Assembly: GCA_002104905.1 (NCBI GenBank) | Contig: MCFE01000083.1 | Coordinates: 1 to 64,000 of the forward strand | DNA from: Basidiobolus meristosporus CBS 931.73 | Taxonomy: Eukaryota > Fungi > Basidiobolomycota | Length of the DNA stretch: 64,000 nucleotides | Direction: 5' to 3' | Part shown: positions 14,101 through 27,400 of the stretch, piece by piece | Layout of the letters: each line of letters begins with the position of its first letter | How positions within the stretch are numbered: position 1 is the first letter of the stretch | Notes under the pieces: generated by a model | What the model was told of the DNA's origin: nothing | Seen by the model: only the letters and a program-made list of their open reading frames with translations | Database searches by the model: none | Position numbers and translations under genes: made by a program

Positions 14101-17100
14101 TAGTACGAAATTGATGACACTTCATAATTAGTAATTGATTAAGTAGAAATGTAAGATATGAATAACTGGATAATTTCAATGGAAAATACTGGCTCTCACA
14201 TAATCACCTATCAATAAGAACAGATACATCAAATAATTTACTGCTACAACGGTCCTTTTTAGAGATAGTGACGTAAATAACCTCTTGCCCGGCATTCACG
14301 TATCAATTGGTAAAAGCATTGATATTTCTGGTACTGCCTTATTAGCCAAGTCACTAGGCAATATTGGCAAAATTCTTGGAACGATTATTCAATTAATATG
14401 GGTTTGCTTAAATACATTTGTTTGGATTTCGCAAGACCTTAAAAAACCCCAAACTTTGTGCGCATCCTTCGATAATTTTCTACAACCCGCCTCTATACTT
14501 AGCTTCACAACGATATACCAAAAGTATAGATACTTAATTTTTACTAAATTAATTCGCCCATCAAAACACATCTTATTCCAGAATGCACTATTCATCTAAG
14601 TAGAAAAGGAAAACTTTTGTAGAATATATAAATAGTTGGACGCACTAATGTTTCAAAAGGCAATCATGGTATTCTAGTGCTCAGCCGTGTGTGACGCGCC
14701 CAATGTTGGATTGGAAAAAACAAGACAATTGAATAATTTCCAAGTGCTGACCACCCATATGTGCCAGTGAAACAGCCAGATCAACAGGGATTAGGTTTGA
14801 TGGAAACTTATTGAGCAAACAAGCAATATGCCACTGTATACCATCATTTACCAAATAAAAATAACAAAAATACTTCTAGACTTTGGCTAGGAAATTTAAT
14901 CAATAACCGCTTGAAATGAACGATTCGTAACGGGAGAGATTGTTGTCGGTTTTGAAAGTTTGCACATTTAAACAGTTCTGAAGAATGTGCTATCACGGCT
15001 ACTCTCCCAAAACCAATCTCCAAATCATTGTACTATATCATTCTGAAAAGGTCTACGTTTCTCCCAGTGAACAACAATCCTCCAAGCTTCAAATTCCCAC
15101 TCGCTTCACAATTAAGGCTCATGAAAAAGACGGTGTACCTATATTGGATTTGGTTACGTGTTAAAACAACATATATAGCTGGCTTTCGCTGGATTATTCC
15201 AAGTTTCTACGTAATCACGAATAAGTTGCACAGTCTGATCGTTACTGTTATGACGAAATCGGCTGGAATCTCGGCCCTGCGAGCCGATAAATATTGGAGT
15301 TCGTAATTGATTGAGCATTACAAGGTTTCTATCAAATTCCATCGAAACTACCGATGGTAAATATACTTTGATCCTTGATATTACCGCTACATTCAATTAT
15401 ATTGAATTGATACTCAGCCCTCATAAAACGATAGACATAATCTGATCCTTTGGTGGCTTGTTGACTAATGTCTAGTTCAAATATCTATAGGTGTGTCTAA
15501 TTCACATATATATGATCGTCACGCAGCTAAATGAGTTACTTCTAGTATTACGTAGAGGTGCGACCAATACGATAGTATAAGGAGTCAAGGAAAGGCTGAT
15601 ATATATGGCTAAACGCGTTACAAGATGGTGCCTGAACAGGTAGCATTGGGTGTTGCATATTTATCTTCTAGTAAGTCTCGGCCACCCTGTACACAGGAAT
15701 CGTTTATTAGAGATGGTCAAGGCCTTAAATTCCAGTTGTAGCTAGGTTTGGGTCTAGTGATATATTACACTGAGGTCGTGTTTCTGGGTTGCCATTCGTG
15801 GCATGCACTCATTTCATACTCCATTCATAAAGATCAACTCTGTCCAATACGACCTTCACGTGCTCGAGAGGAAAGCCTAATAATAACAGCCCTTTTATTA
15901 CTATATTGCTAGCGCTGCTTCTATTGTTTATTGAGCACACTCCAAATTAGCGTGACACGAAATGGGATTCGTCTACGCTGATTTTCATTGCATGCAGCTT
16001 GTCAAAGACATATCCTCCGAGAGGTAAGACCTCATTTTAATGTATATATACGAATATGTATACAAATCTAGATATTCAGGTATGTATGCGTGTGTATAGT
16101 ATGTGCATGACGGTGGCATTTTATATGAACTAGAAGCCATTTATATTCACTTTTTGGAGTTCAGAGCCAAGTACTGGATAATGGTGGTGGGCATCCAGAA
16201 AGATACTTAGCACCTCACAATAAGAATGAAATTTTTCCACGCCTACGAATTTTCTCTGGCCAGCGAATTTTCGTGTCCGTAGATGTATTATCAAATGCCA
16301 AATTGGGCTGTGAAAATTCCGATATTTTAGGGACCCAACTATATTTAGATCTCGAGCCCCAAATTTCGGTCTAGGGTGGTTCTTCAGAAAATATGCGAAT
16401 TCTGCAGGAAATTGCTCGGGGGTTTTTTTAATTAATCCATTAGCGAAATTATTACGCCGGAACTCTAAAACTATCCTCCCATATGCGACATTTCCATCTT
16501 GTTGATATCTAGGTGAAGGAAACCCCGATGGAGTTTTGAACAAGCTACGTGTAGGGTAGATCGCTTCGACAGTGTACTAGAGTCCTCCTAGCATACGCTG
16601 CGGTATGTTGAGGCACCAAAGCTTCATGAAATGTCACCAACTTGAAACACCGCTGCTGGTAAATGACTGAATACAAGTCATCATATATTTGTCAGCCGTT
16701 GTTGATGCAATCTTTCGCAACATTGATCAATCAATTGCTTGACCAGCTTCACGTTTGCCTACTAGTGTCCCTCAAGTGTCCCAGGTGTGTCCTTCGAGCG
16801 TTTGGATTTGTATTAGTACACTTTCAGCCATCGGCCAATCATATACCAGAATCAACGCATCGCAAAATGGCAGATCAAAATCCAGAGTTAGTGAAAAAGA
16901 TGTGCGACGTGATTTAATTTTGACAGAATCCAAAACGTGTCTTCATATTAACATGGCAAGTTGTTCCTTGCTGGAGTTGACACACTGAACACAAAATTAA
17001 TCTGGATCCATTTTGATTTACTCGTCCCCATTGAACCGCACATATTTTATTCATGCATGAGCTGAGTTCATTTAATAGAAGGCGCCACCCATCGGTTGGG

Positions 17101-18096
17101 GTGGAATTTGATTTTCGCATTTAGTAAGCCATGGCCCGTAGCCGCTTTCCTTTTGATTCGATTGAAGCCATCATCGCAGGTAATTATGGCACCTCCACCT
17201 TAACCAGGAAAACCAGGGACTCTAGCTCTCATTGGTTATTGGGGTGGATATACCATATGGGATCGTCCAAACAATCAAGGCCGTGCGAAAAAATTCAATC
17301 CTAATTCTTGGAACCAATGCCTAGAATGCTTGAAATTCGTATTCTTGAAGAAATTCTCTGAAACTGATTTAACTAGTATAGGAGCAACAACAATCAACCC
17401 CCTCCCCGCATGGCCGCATTCAATTAACTTTGTGGTGGCTTCCGATCCAGACTGAGCATTCGAGAGTGTCTTTGTTCTGGAAAAGCTAGCATCTATTGAG
17501 TGCAGGAGTTGCGGGGATTTCACATGGGCCAAAGCAACTATTCAGTACCCTGCGTGATGTCTCCTGACTGCGGTACATCGGGCATGCACTAAGCTAAGCT
17601 GTTTGAAAGAGCGACTAGTAGGACAAGCGTGGAATTATTCAAGAACATTCAGGATTGTCCGTAGCAGCAATCAACCTGTCAAAATGGGAGTGCGCAATAC
17701 ATCATTGCCCATAAGCTGAAGAATCATTTTATGTAAATATTACTCGCCACCCATCGACAACGCATAACAACGCCATTTATGATGAGTGTCGTCCGCATAT
17801 GTACCCCTCAGCGCAACCTCATTCTACAGCCCCATTCATCGGGGAGAGCCTGTGTATGCTCGCTTTCCTAATATAAATCTCGAAATACTCGAGAATTTTT
17901 TCCACGGTATTTTCTTCGGGCACCTTACGGCTTCAGTGATTGTCCGTAATTGGAAACACCTGGAAACACACCAATCGAAAAAGAAAAGCCATATATGGTT
18001 GCCAGTTGATCTAACGTACTGTGGACGTGGAAAGGCGAAGCTATATAAACGGCGGACGATCGGGTTGGGCACACCACCAAACATTAGTTTACCACA

Positions 18097-19233
18097 ATGA
18101 AACAAACTCTACTGGATATCGTACTGCAGGAAAAATTCCTGGTTTTACATGGATCCTCTACTGAAGCCGCTGGCGCAGTTTTAAGAGGGTCCGTTGTAAT
18201 TCGCTCAAAGGAAGCCATTAAACTTAGATCCCTAACCCTCAAGCTTCGAGGAAAGGTTGATGTCAAATGGGCTTCAGGTATGTACTCTCAAATAGTCGGA
18301 GTTCATTTCTATTTTCAGTCAACTCACCCTTACTTTCTATTAGCTGCTGGCCCTAAGCCTGATGTCTATCACGTTAAGAAGACCGTAATGAGCTCCTCTC
18401 TTACCATCTTGGAGCCTCAAGAACATCTCCACACAATCCCAGCCGGTGAAACCAAATATGAGTTTGAGTTTCAGTTCAATGGCGATCTCCCCGAGACCGT
18501 CCACACTGACCAAGGTCATGTTTACTACTCACTAAAGGCTGTTGCCGAACGCTCTTTCTTGGTCAGAAACATCGTTGCCAAGAAGGATGTGTTGGTCAAG
18601 CGTTTCTCCTCCACCAACAACGTAGAGGATATGGAACCCATCACTTTGATGCGCATCTTCAACAGCGATGCTGCTTGTGATGTCTTCGTGCCTAAGAAGG
18701 CCTACGGAATGGGTGAAACATTCCCCATCAGATTCAAGTTGACTCCATTCATGGAGAACATCAGCGTCACCAAGATCAGCTGTAGACTTACCCAAAAGGT
18801 TAGCTACGGTGTTCCCGAGACCGACAAGGTGCGCTCTGTTAAGAAGTGGCGCGAGATCGCTTCACAACATCTCGAAGGAAACGAGGTGATTCTCCCAGTG
18901 AAGATCCCCACCGAAGGGATTTTCTTCCACGCTTGCGATACCGATTACATTCGCACCGAACACGAAATGGCACTCAAGATCGACTTCGATGTTGATGGTA
19001 AGCCAGAAGTTGGCTACATCCGTTTCCCGTTCACCGTTGCTGCCGAAAACAGCGATGAGTTCTTCGACGTTCTTCCACCCTACGCTCCGTACACACCTAA
19101 TCCCATGGCCTTAGGCCTCCCATCGAACAATGAAAACACCTATGTCATTGAGCCAGTGGAAACCGAACTCCCGTCCTACGCCAGCGTGTACACCATTGAA
19201 CCAACCTTTGTGGTATTGCCCGTTAAGAACTAA
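18097..19233 (+). CDS. Alpha-arrestin (ART/Rod1-like trafficking adaptor); probable 66-nt in-frame intron at 18278-18343
   Basis: Arrestin-N motifs LRGSVVIRSKEAIKLRSLTLKLRG and YEFEFQFNGDLPETV...GHVYYSLKA; C-terminal PY motifs LPPY and LPSY. TATA-like TATATAAA at ~18042. Confidence 0.9.
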   Translation: MKQTLLDIVLQEKFLVLHGSSTEAAGAVLRGSVVIRSKEAIKLRSLTLKLRGKVDVKWASGMYSQIVGVHFYFQSTHPYFLLAAGPKPDVYHVKKTVMSSSLTILEPQEHLHTIPAGETKYEFEFQFNGDLPETVHTDQGHVYYSLKAVAERSFLVRNIVAKKDVLVKRFSSTNNVEDMEPITLMRIFNSDAACDVFVPKKAYGMGETFPIRFKLTPFMENISVTKISCRLTQKVSYGVPETDKVRSVKKWREIASQHLEGNEVILPVKIPTEGIFFHACDTDYIRTEHEMALKIDFDVDGKPEVGYIRFPFTVAAENSDEFFDVLPPYAPYTPNPMALGLPSNNENTYVIEPVETELPSYASVYTIEPTFVVLPVKN

Positions 19234-21456
19234 GATGCCATTTACATTAGAACAGCACGCATGTACATCGACATATCTCATACTCATCACAGCCGCACTC
19301 TGTAAATAGGCATCTGTATATAATCTACTGCTAATTTATCAACCATACAAAATACCATTTGATAATACCAAACATATAAATAATCCACTATACAATAAAT
19401 CACTAATCACATTCAACAACACCTACAACTTGATGGAAATTTCTCATGAGGGTGACTAGGCATACCGAGCCAATTCGGACACGCTCGCTTGACCTAAAAA
19501 TAACCGCACCAAAATATCCCATCGCGCGTCCGCCAACGCCACTTATTGGGCGCCGCTTTGCGTGCTTCCTAATATGCATAATATTGATGGAAAGAATTAT
19601 CCAGTTTCTGAGATACGTTAGGAAATCGCCTAAAAGATCGAGAAAGCAATACGCGAAATTTTCCAAGTCGGTTTCCAGAGGCTGCTTCACCCCTGAGCTC
19701 CCCTCTGGCCAATGGCATCTCAGCACCACTAGGATCTTCAATTATGATGAATAATGATCCATCTATTGGGAATCTCGATCGTTTTCCCACGGCAAAGAAT
19801 TGTCAGTGGTGGAATGTTCTGAGCTGGCCCACTAAGGAAACCTAGGGTGGGTCCAAATGGGTTCCTGAGCGGATTCTAGCTCCCAAAGACTTATTATTCT
19901 ATTGAGCCGGTAGTTCAAAAATAGTCGATTGCTCCAACTGGCCTGAAATATATTTAGCGGAGATCCCCAATAGAGTTCAGCTCCGTTCGAGCCGACCGCA
20001 CCAGCAAGGTGGCTGCCGCAGGCTCGCTCCAAAAAGGTTGATTATACTATCAACCAATATTCGCCGATTAATAAGCCATTCGTCCAGATGAAGTCAATTC
20101 TACCTGGCGGTAAATTACGATGGCCGGTATGGTAAGGAATCGAAAGCTCAAATCAGTACACCATTCAACACTTAGCATGATTGATGTGTAGATGGAATAA
20201 TTCTGCAGTCACAATTTGTTACATCACTCCAACACCCTCAAGTCATGGAGATGTCATCATTTCTTAAGAATGCTCCAAGCACACCATTCCCAAGCAGCCC
20301 AGGAGTACAATGCTTGAGGAAGATCTATTTTTCTTCAAATAAACGATATTGCTAATTAACAAATAAATTGCACTCAGAAATTTGGCAGTAAACTGAGATC
20401 ATTCCACCCAGTGCAATGGATTTATTTTCAGATATTTCAACTAGCTGCATAGCTTCACAATACGCAGGATGGATGTTAGTGGAGTTAAAAAGATTGCTTC
20501 ATTCTTAGATAAATCAACTATAGGAAGGAAGACAGTGAATAGAGAGTCGAGGGTTCCACGATGGTTAGGTTATTGGGTATAGGTATAGGCTGGACCATTC
20601 GCTAGCTAACAAACACGGCCTGTCTCACCAAAACATGAACTTAAAAACAACTCCTACTGATCTCTCATCCCCCAAGCACTTGATTGGCTCATAGAGAGCA
20701 CAAGCGAAATGAACATCAAGACGAACACAAATCGCTAGGTGGCCAATCAACATTGGTTTGTTACCACGATCAAAAGATTTCCTCATACTCTGAAGAGCTG
20801 GGAATCGGATAAGAAGGAGGAAGGATCGACCCAAGTGCCTTCAACACAACGTTTCATGTTCCATGATTTAGCAGCCTCTGGAGTGCCTCGAAATAGCTAG
20901 TCATTGGACTTGTATAAAACTGGTCAACGTTCTAGGGGGTGGCACTGCTTTGGTTCGCTCCATTTTTCGTGTGTAACAACGTTGTGGGGATGATGCCATT
21001 TTGGAGACAGGAACGACAATGACATCCATTCTTGGCCCTTGAGGCGGGCTACATCATCCGTACTGGATGCAATATCGATGATTCTCCACCACTCATCGCA
21101 TGAGTGTGTTCGGTTAAAATTCTCTCTAATGGTAAGATGGTTTATTACTGCTTGAGCCCATCGCTGAATCCACCAAAAGAAGTATCTGATCACCCGTCGG
21201 TGATACGATTTGATTATTCAGCCGTCCCATTACAAGCTGTCAATCGCCACCCCCAAAGAGCAGCTTCTTGTGACCAGTCTCGTACTCCATCTCTCCAGGC
21301 TCGGGATCAGTTTCGAATCCCATTTTATGATGTAACCCACGTTTGCCGCTCCCTCATTTTTGCCTTTTCCAAGTTTCAATCCGTTTTTCCCTGCTCCACC
21401 TCCGTACATATTAGAAATTGGTTAGATATTCGGGTTCGGTGTGGCATTTTCTCAGG

Positions 21457-22674
21457 ATGACTTTTACGGAACACACCGAAGTCAACGCTTCTCAAGATTC
21501 GCTCAACTTCGACGCCTCCAATTTCAAACAGCCCACATTCTGGAGCCACGAAGAGACCAAGCTCCTCATCACCCTGCGCCAAGAAAGGAACGCCCTCTTC
21601 ATATCCATGAAGAGGCCAAGAAAACTCTGGGCGGAAATAGCCACCGTACTGCAGACCAGAGGGTTCGACAAATCAAGCGAGCAGTGTCACCAGAAGTGGA
21701 AGAACATGTTGCGTTCCTTTCGGGTAAGTTCCCTTGTCCACCATATCTTTCGTGTTTCGGGAAGTTCGCCGTGGCGCTAACGCTCTTTCACGAAACAATA
21801 GGAGGTGGAGGAGTATAACAGCAAAGCGGGCCCCACCGAGAAAAAGAAATGCTCTTTCTACGACGAAATCTCCGACTATTATAGTAAGACCCGCTTCGAC
21901 TCACCCAAGCCCTCCGAGATTGACGAGCGTGTATCCCCAGAGTAAGCGATGGGCTTCTTGAATATTACCCCCCCCCCAAGCACTCCCTAACGTGGTTTTT
22001 CATTGTAGCAGTGAAGACAAAGTAGATCTGGCCGACTCATTATCACAAAGGTAACTCGCAACAGAGTTTAGGCAATCGACCATCGGATTAATCTGCGCAT
22101 TTTCTTAGCATATCGGAGGTCCGGAATCTCTCACACAGCGCCCCGACTTTTGGAACGATACCATCACCCGTAGGTCCGAATACTGGGGTCTCGATATCTC
22201 TGGCCAAGGCGGCCAAGCCATAGCGCCTCACGAACAAAGCGTTCCCTGGACAGTGCGCTCACCCCTATGCACAGCAAACTTCTGCGGATCCAGCAGGAAG
22301 GGTTCGACTCATCCATGCCACCGGAAAAGTTGCTGGAAGAATTCCGATTCCTATCCGAGCAACGGAGCTCATTGAGCCCTGCTTACGGCGGCCATATCTC
22401 GTATAAATCCAACAAGAGGGCCCATGTTTTGGATGGAGTCGGCCAAAGCTTAAGCGGGGTCGGAACGAAGGAGGATATGGAGAGGTTCTTCAATTTCTAT
22501 CGTGAGCAGAGTCTTAGCATGAACACCGGCGCCGAGAAGGCCCGGGAGAATTTCCGCTATACGCTGGAGGTGATCGAACATTTGGCCAAGGATTTCGCGG
22601 AGAAGGAGCACCAATACGCCGACCGCCAAGCGAGAATGTTTGAGAACTTCGTGGAGGCATTAAGGAGGGACTGA
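21457..22674 (+). CDS. Myb/SANT-like (trihelix GT-type) DNA-binding protein with C-terminal coiled coil; 3' exon structure uncertain
   Basis: WSHEETKLLITLR...KLWAEIATVLQTRGFDKSSEQCHQKWKNMLRSFR. Introns at ~21724-21800 and ~21942-22008. Joining to the terminal ORF 22267-22674 needs a non-obvious acceptor (22223 or 22253). Confidence 0.75.
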
Positions 22675-23450
22675 GTCTACGAACCCATTGGTTTCTCCAT
22701 TTCCGACCAGGAGACCGAAGCGAGTTTGCCCCTTGATTGTCCGAAATCTCTGTTACCTCTAGAAATCCCACCCTCCTTAACAGTGTAAATAAGTCAAATC
22801 AACGTCTCAGTTGTTCGTATCCAACACCGATTAATTGGTCAATTCGACGCCTCAGTTATTTGTATCAAATGCTGGTTTTATGAGAAGGTAACAAGTTCCC
22901 GCCTATTCCCGTCTACCCCCACTTGATCCTTCACGTTACAGAGAAAATAAAGCGCAGTCTTAGATGATCGGCATCTATCTTGCAACCCCAAATCCTTCCC
23001 AAAACCAATGCTTGATGCCAAGCCAAGCGGTCCGCGAAATATCGGGTCACAACTTAGCCTCATTTCCACTTCTCAAAAGACTAAATGGTGGTTGTGGCCC
23101 CTCGTATCGAAATGCCGCACCCCCCCCCCAATTCTCTACCATACCACACGTACCATACTCACCATCCTTGTGCACTACTCCCTCGAAGTACTTGGATGTG
23201 AGGACACGCTTTTTGAAGCACAGCAGGCGATGGTGGTGATTAAACAACTCGGTTTTTCAGCGAGGATCTTAAACAGCAATGGTGATCTCGCGACGATATC
23301 TTAAGCAACATTGATGGGCATGGAAAAAAAAGAAAAAAAATTGCCCTGGTTCATATTGGAAATCAGCTCCCTAAAATGTAACTCCATCGAAGTTGGATTC
23401 CTCCTCTTGCGTCTTTGGTACCCATAGACTTGGCCACATATCCGTTCAAT

Positions 23451-24043
23451 ATGGTACGTGAACATGACCCAGATTCGACATCGATCCGAGTCGCGGATCC
23501 ATCCATCCCGCGTCCTGGATGCTTGCTTCGAAACGCCCCTCGATGTGTTCCCCCTACCGTGACCATACTAACCCCCTTCTTTCCAACCAGTCTAAGAAAG
23601 CCGGAAAAGTTCAGAAACCTCAAGAAGCCATCTCCCTCGGTCCTCAGGTCCGTGAGGGTGAGCTCGTCTTCGGCGTCGCCCACATCTTCGCTTCCTTCAA
23701 CGACACCTTCGTCCACGTTACCGATTTGACCGGTCGCGAAACCATGGTCCGTGTCACCGGTGGTATGAAGGTCAAGGCTGATCGTGATGAGTCCTCTCCT
23801 TACGCCGCCATGTTGGCTGCCCAAGATGTTGCCGTTCGCTGCAAGGAATTGGGTATCACCGCCCTCCACATCAAGATTCGTGCTACCGGTGGTAACGGTC
23901 CCAAGACCCCTGGTCCCGGTGCTCAATCCGCTCTCCGTGCTTTGGCCAGAGCTGGTATGAGAATCGGCCGTATCGAAGACGTTACCCCCATTCCTACCGA
24001 TAGTACTCGCAGAAAGGGTGGTCGTCGTGGTCGCCGTTTGTAA
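23451..24043 (+). CDS. RPS14: 40S ribosomal protein uS11 (S14); ATG exon + intron 23454-23590
   Basis: [21 protein letters not shown]...[25 protein letters not shown]...[14 protein letters not shown]. Confidence 0.98.
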
Positions 24044-24419
24044 ATCTTTTCATTTGCACATTCACGCCTTGTGTGTTGCAATTCGAATAAATCGTCTATT
24101 CAACCTCTCAACCTGAGTCCACCTTTCAGCCCAATCCAATTCAACCCAACCCACTGCGCTTGCATTTGAGTCGATCCCGTGAAGACACCCCGTTCCCCGT
24201 CAACATAAGCATTGGCATTGGCATTGGCTCGATGTAATGATTTATTTCTACATTCCAAAACTTTTCATTAACATTAACAAATGTTATACATATACATATA
24301 CATATACATCGGTGAGAACTCGGGTGAGAAAGAAAGGAACAACCTATGTATAACTGAAAGAGTTGCAAGAAAAAAAGGGGTTCGCAACTGGTGGCCTCTA
24401 ATGAAATGTCCTGAAGATC

Positions 24420-27400
24420 TTATTTCTTCAGGATGCTGGATATACTAAAGCTCGACTTGATCGCGTCCAACGATCCGTTGGATTTCATTTGTCCTAGCTT
24501 GCGGGGTAGATTGAGTCCAGGCTTCCGGCCGTTGCCGGGTAAGGGTGGTGGGAGCCCGGGCAAACCGTTTGGCTTAGACCTATTAACATTGAGCAGTGAG
24601 CCTGGTCCAATATTCCCGCTGGGTGCGATGGAGTATCTGGAACGTGAGGCATCACTACCGTTCGATGGCTGAGCTGGTAATTCCGAGCCGCTTTCCGTAG
24701 ACACGTTCAATCCGATGGATTGTCTGTTCTTGCCAAGTGCGATCTTTCTCTTTTTTTTGGAGGCGGGATCGGCTGGTGTTTCTTGTAGCGCTGGCCGAAC
24801 TTTCGGTGGGCAGTGTTTGTCTCTTTCGGTTGAAAGAGATCTTCTTTTTCAAATTCAGCTGTGGTGGCTGCGAGGTTTCTGATGAGACAAGTTCTGTGAT
24901 TTGTTCCAAAGAGGGCTCCTCAGCAGCGGGTTTCTTCTTGCGTATCAGGGGTTTCTTGATGCTGATGGTTTTCTTCACAGGCTTATCCTCAGCGTCACTG
25001 AGTGGTGGAAGCTCCTCTGGAAGTGTTTCCGGTTCATCCATGTCAACCTCTGGGATGTCGACAACAACTGGAAGCTCAATATTTGCCTTGTTCGCCTTCT
25101 TTTTGGTTTGTTTGGGCGAGGGTAGGGAAGCAGCGGGAGAGGATTTCGCGACTTCCTTCTTGGTAGATTTGCTCAATTCCGGAGAATCCTTCATCTTTGC
25201 TGAGGCACCCGAGTTCTTGGTAACTCGTTTGTTACCCTTCTTGGGTGGTTGTTCCTCAGGCTCGGACTCGCTTGAATCTTCAACCACGATATTCTTGGGG
25301 ATGACGGAAGCTCTTACTTGCTTGCGAGTCTGCTTGGGGCGTACAGCATTAGTGATTTTTTCGTCAGAGCTTCCTCCAGATTCAGGCGCTTCGATGATAT
25401 CATCATCTACAGCCTTGGCCGCACCACGGTTGTTTGCTCGCTTTTGCTTAGCAAGTGTAGTTTGGCCTGCCGATTTCTCTTGAATTGTCTTTTCCAAAGA
25501 CTTGATCTGCATTTCAAACTGACGACGCTCATCGTTCCAATCTGCTGACTTTTCCTGTAACTTCAGCTGCGTGTCTGTGGCCAAATCCATAGCTTTCACC
25601 AACTTGTCTTTCATTTTCTGGAACCTCTCCTCCACTTTACTGCTACCCTGTTGGGCAGCAATGTGGAACTCTTCATTGGTTTTAGCCATCGCCTCAGCAT
25701 TATCATACTTCAGTCCTAGCTCCTTGATCTGATGAAGCAAATCCTTCCTCTCAGATGTCCAGCGCTCTTCTTTAAGACGATGCTCGGCCACAATGAGGTC
25801 GCTCTTGGCCTTTGCTGCACCCAGTTCTCTCTACGAAATATGGATTAATTTCAGCAACACTAGTGATAAAGTGAAAAGAAGACTTACGTTGACGGCTTCG
25901 ATTCGATTGGTCATTTCGTTTCTTTGTTTCTCGAATGAATTCTGCTCCGACTTCATCTCAGCACGCAACTTCTTAATGGTTTGTTCAAGGTCGGTGATCT
26001 TCTGGACGAACCCTTCGGATTCCTGGCTATCGCTATTCTTCTCGAGAAGCCATTTCTTACGTTCCTTCTCAATTTTGACGGACTCCTTTTCTAAGAGCGC
26101 CTCAAGATTGGCGTTCTCCTTTTCAAGGCTCTTCATTTTGAGAGACTGATTCTCGACCTTCTTTCTCTCATCCTCTAGTTTTTCTTCTAGCTCGACCTTC
26201 TCCTTTTGGAGTTTTTGTGCTCTCTTGGTTTCCGAAGTAAGTTTTTCCAGAATCTGGCTATGGGTATCTTTCAAATCGTCATAAGTGGCGCGAAGGGTCT
26301 TAAGGATCTCTTCGGTAGACACTTCCTTCAATTCTAGCGCCTTGAGAGATCTCTGGGACTCTTCGTGATCCATTGACACCTCGTCGTACTCATTCTAATG
26401 ATCAATTTTGGTGAGAATTAGCCTTACATGAGTTACATCGCTTTCTACTCACCTGGAGTAATGTCAGCTGCAGTTCAAAATCAGAGCATTTCACCATCAA
26501 TGAATCACGTTCATCAGTAACAAGGGCTAGTCGAATATCGTTAATCATCCATTCGCACATTAGCCGAAAATTACTATTGCTTACACAAATTGACCCGAAC
26601 TCTACGGATTTCTTCCTTTAGCGTGACAAGTTCGGTGGACATCATGGTCGAGTTCAATTTGGCATCCATGATCAGCATGTTTTCATTGGCTTGCAGCTAA
26701 GGAGAGCAAGAAATTAATAAAACTCTTTGAACATCCTCCTGCGACATCAACTGCATTCGCGTCCTTTACCTCAGCGTATTGTTCCTCAAGCTCTGAGCAA
26801 TTTTGTGCCAACTCCTGTATCTGCTCCTCAAGAGATTCATTTTTGCCTTGCGACTCTTGGAGTAAAGTCTCCTGTTGACGCAACAATCCGAATTGGGCCT
26901 CGTATTCAACCTAAAGTAATATCTATGAGTGACTCATACTAACAAATCTTGGCACGATCCCCATGAAAGCATACCTGAATCTTTTTAAGCTCGGCCTTAT
27001 ATTGTTTTGCTCTTCTTTCAAGCTGAGTCACTCTGCGGTCGATCTTGTTGGGTTTCTATACGAAGAGAACTCAAGATGAGTATCGAAGCACAAGTAAAAG
27101 ACCGGAGTATTGGTGGGCGAAATATTACCTCACGTAATTTCATTTTTCTTAGAACCTCTGCGAATTCCAAAAGCTCGATAGTGTCACGACTGAGCTGCTT
27201 CTCGTTTGCCTGACGAAAGGATGAGTAAAAGTGATAATAATAACATTGAACAAGGATATCTACCTCTACGTTAAAGACAAACAAACTCTTGCAATTTCCG
27301 GAATAGAAATCTACGGAGCGGATGAAAGGGTTGGTCAATTGGAAAAAGTGGAGGATTTTCAATGTTGAGATTCAAACCTGAGGTAAGCAAAGTGAAATAC

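Noticed and set aside
16130-16543. 137-aa minus-strand ORF in the 14-17.7 kb gap
   Set aside because: No ATG start, no recognisable domain, and I could not link it to other exons; may be a decayed gene but is unsupported.
14900-17560. Scattered fragments resembling LRR/F-box or other pseudogene pieces
   Set aside because: Only isolated short motif resemblances with many stops; no coherent model.
19780-21200. Possible parvulin-like, methyltransferase-like or other pseudogene fragments
   Set aside because: Similarities are a few residues long and broken by stops; indistinguishable from chance.
22878-23304. Short ORFs on both strands upstream of RPS14
   Set aside because: No consistent spliced model; most likely promoter/intergenic DNA.
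23363-23926. 187-aa antisense ORF over RPS14
   Set aside because: Shadow frame produced by the strong codon bias of a ribosomal protein gene; the sense frame is unambiguous.
24737-25483. 248-aa Ser/Phe-rich plus-strand ORF
   Set aside because: Antisense mirror of the Lys/Glu-rich tail of the kinesin-like gene.
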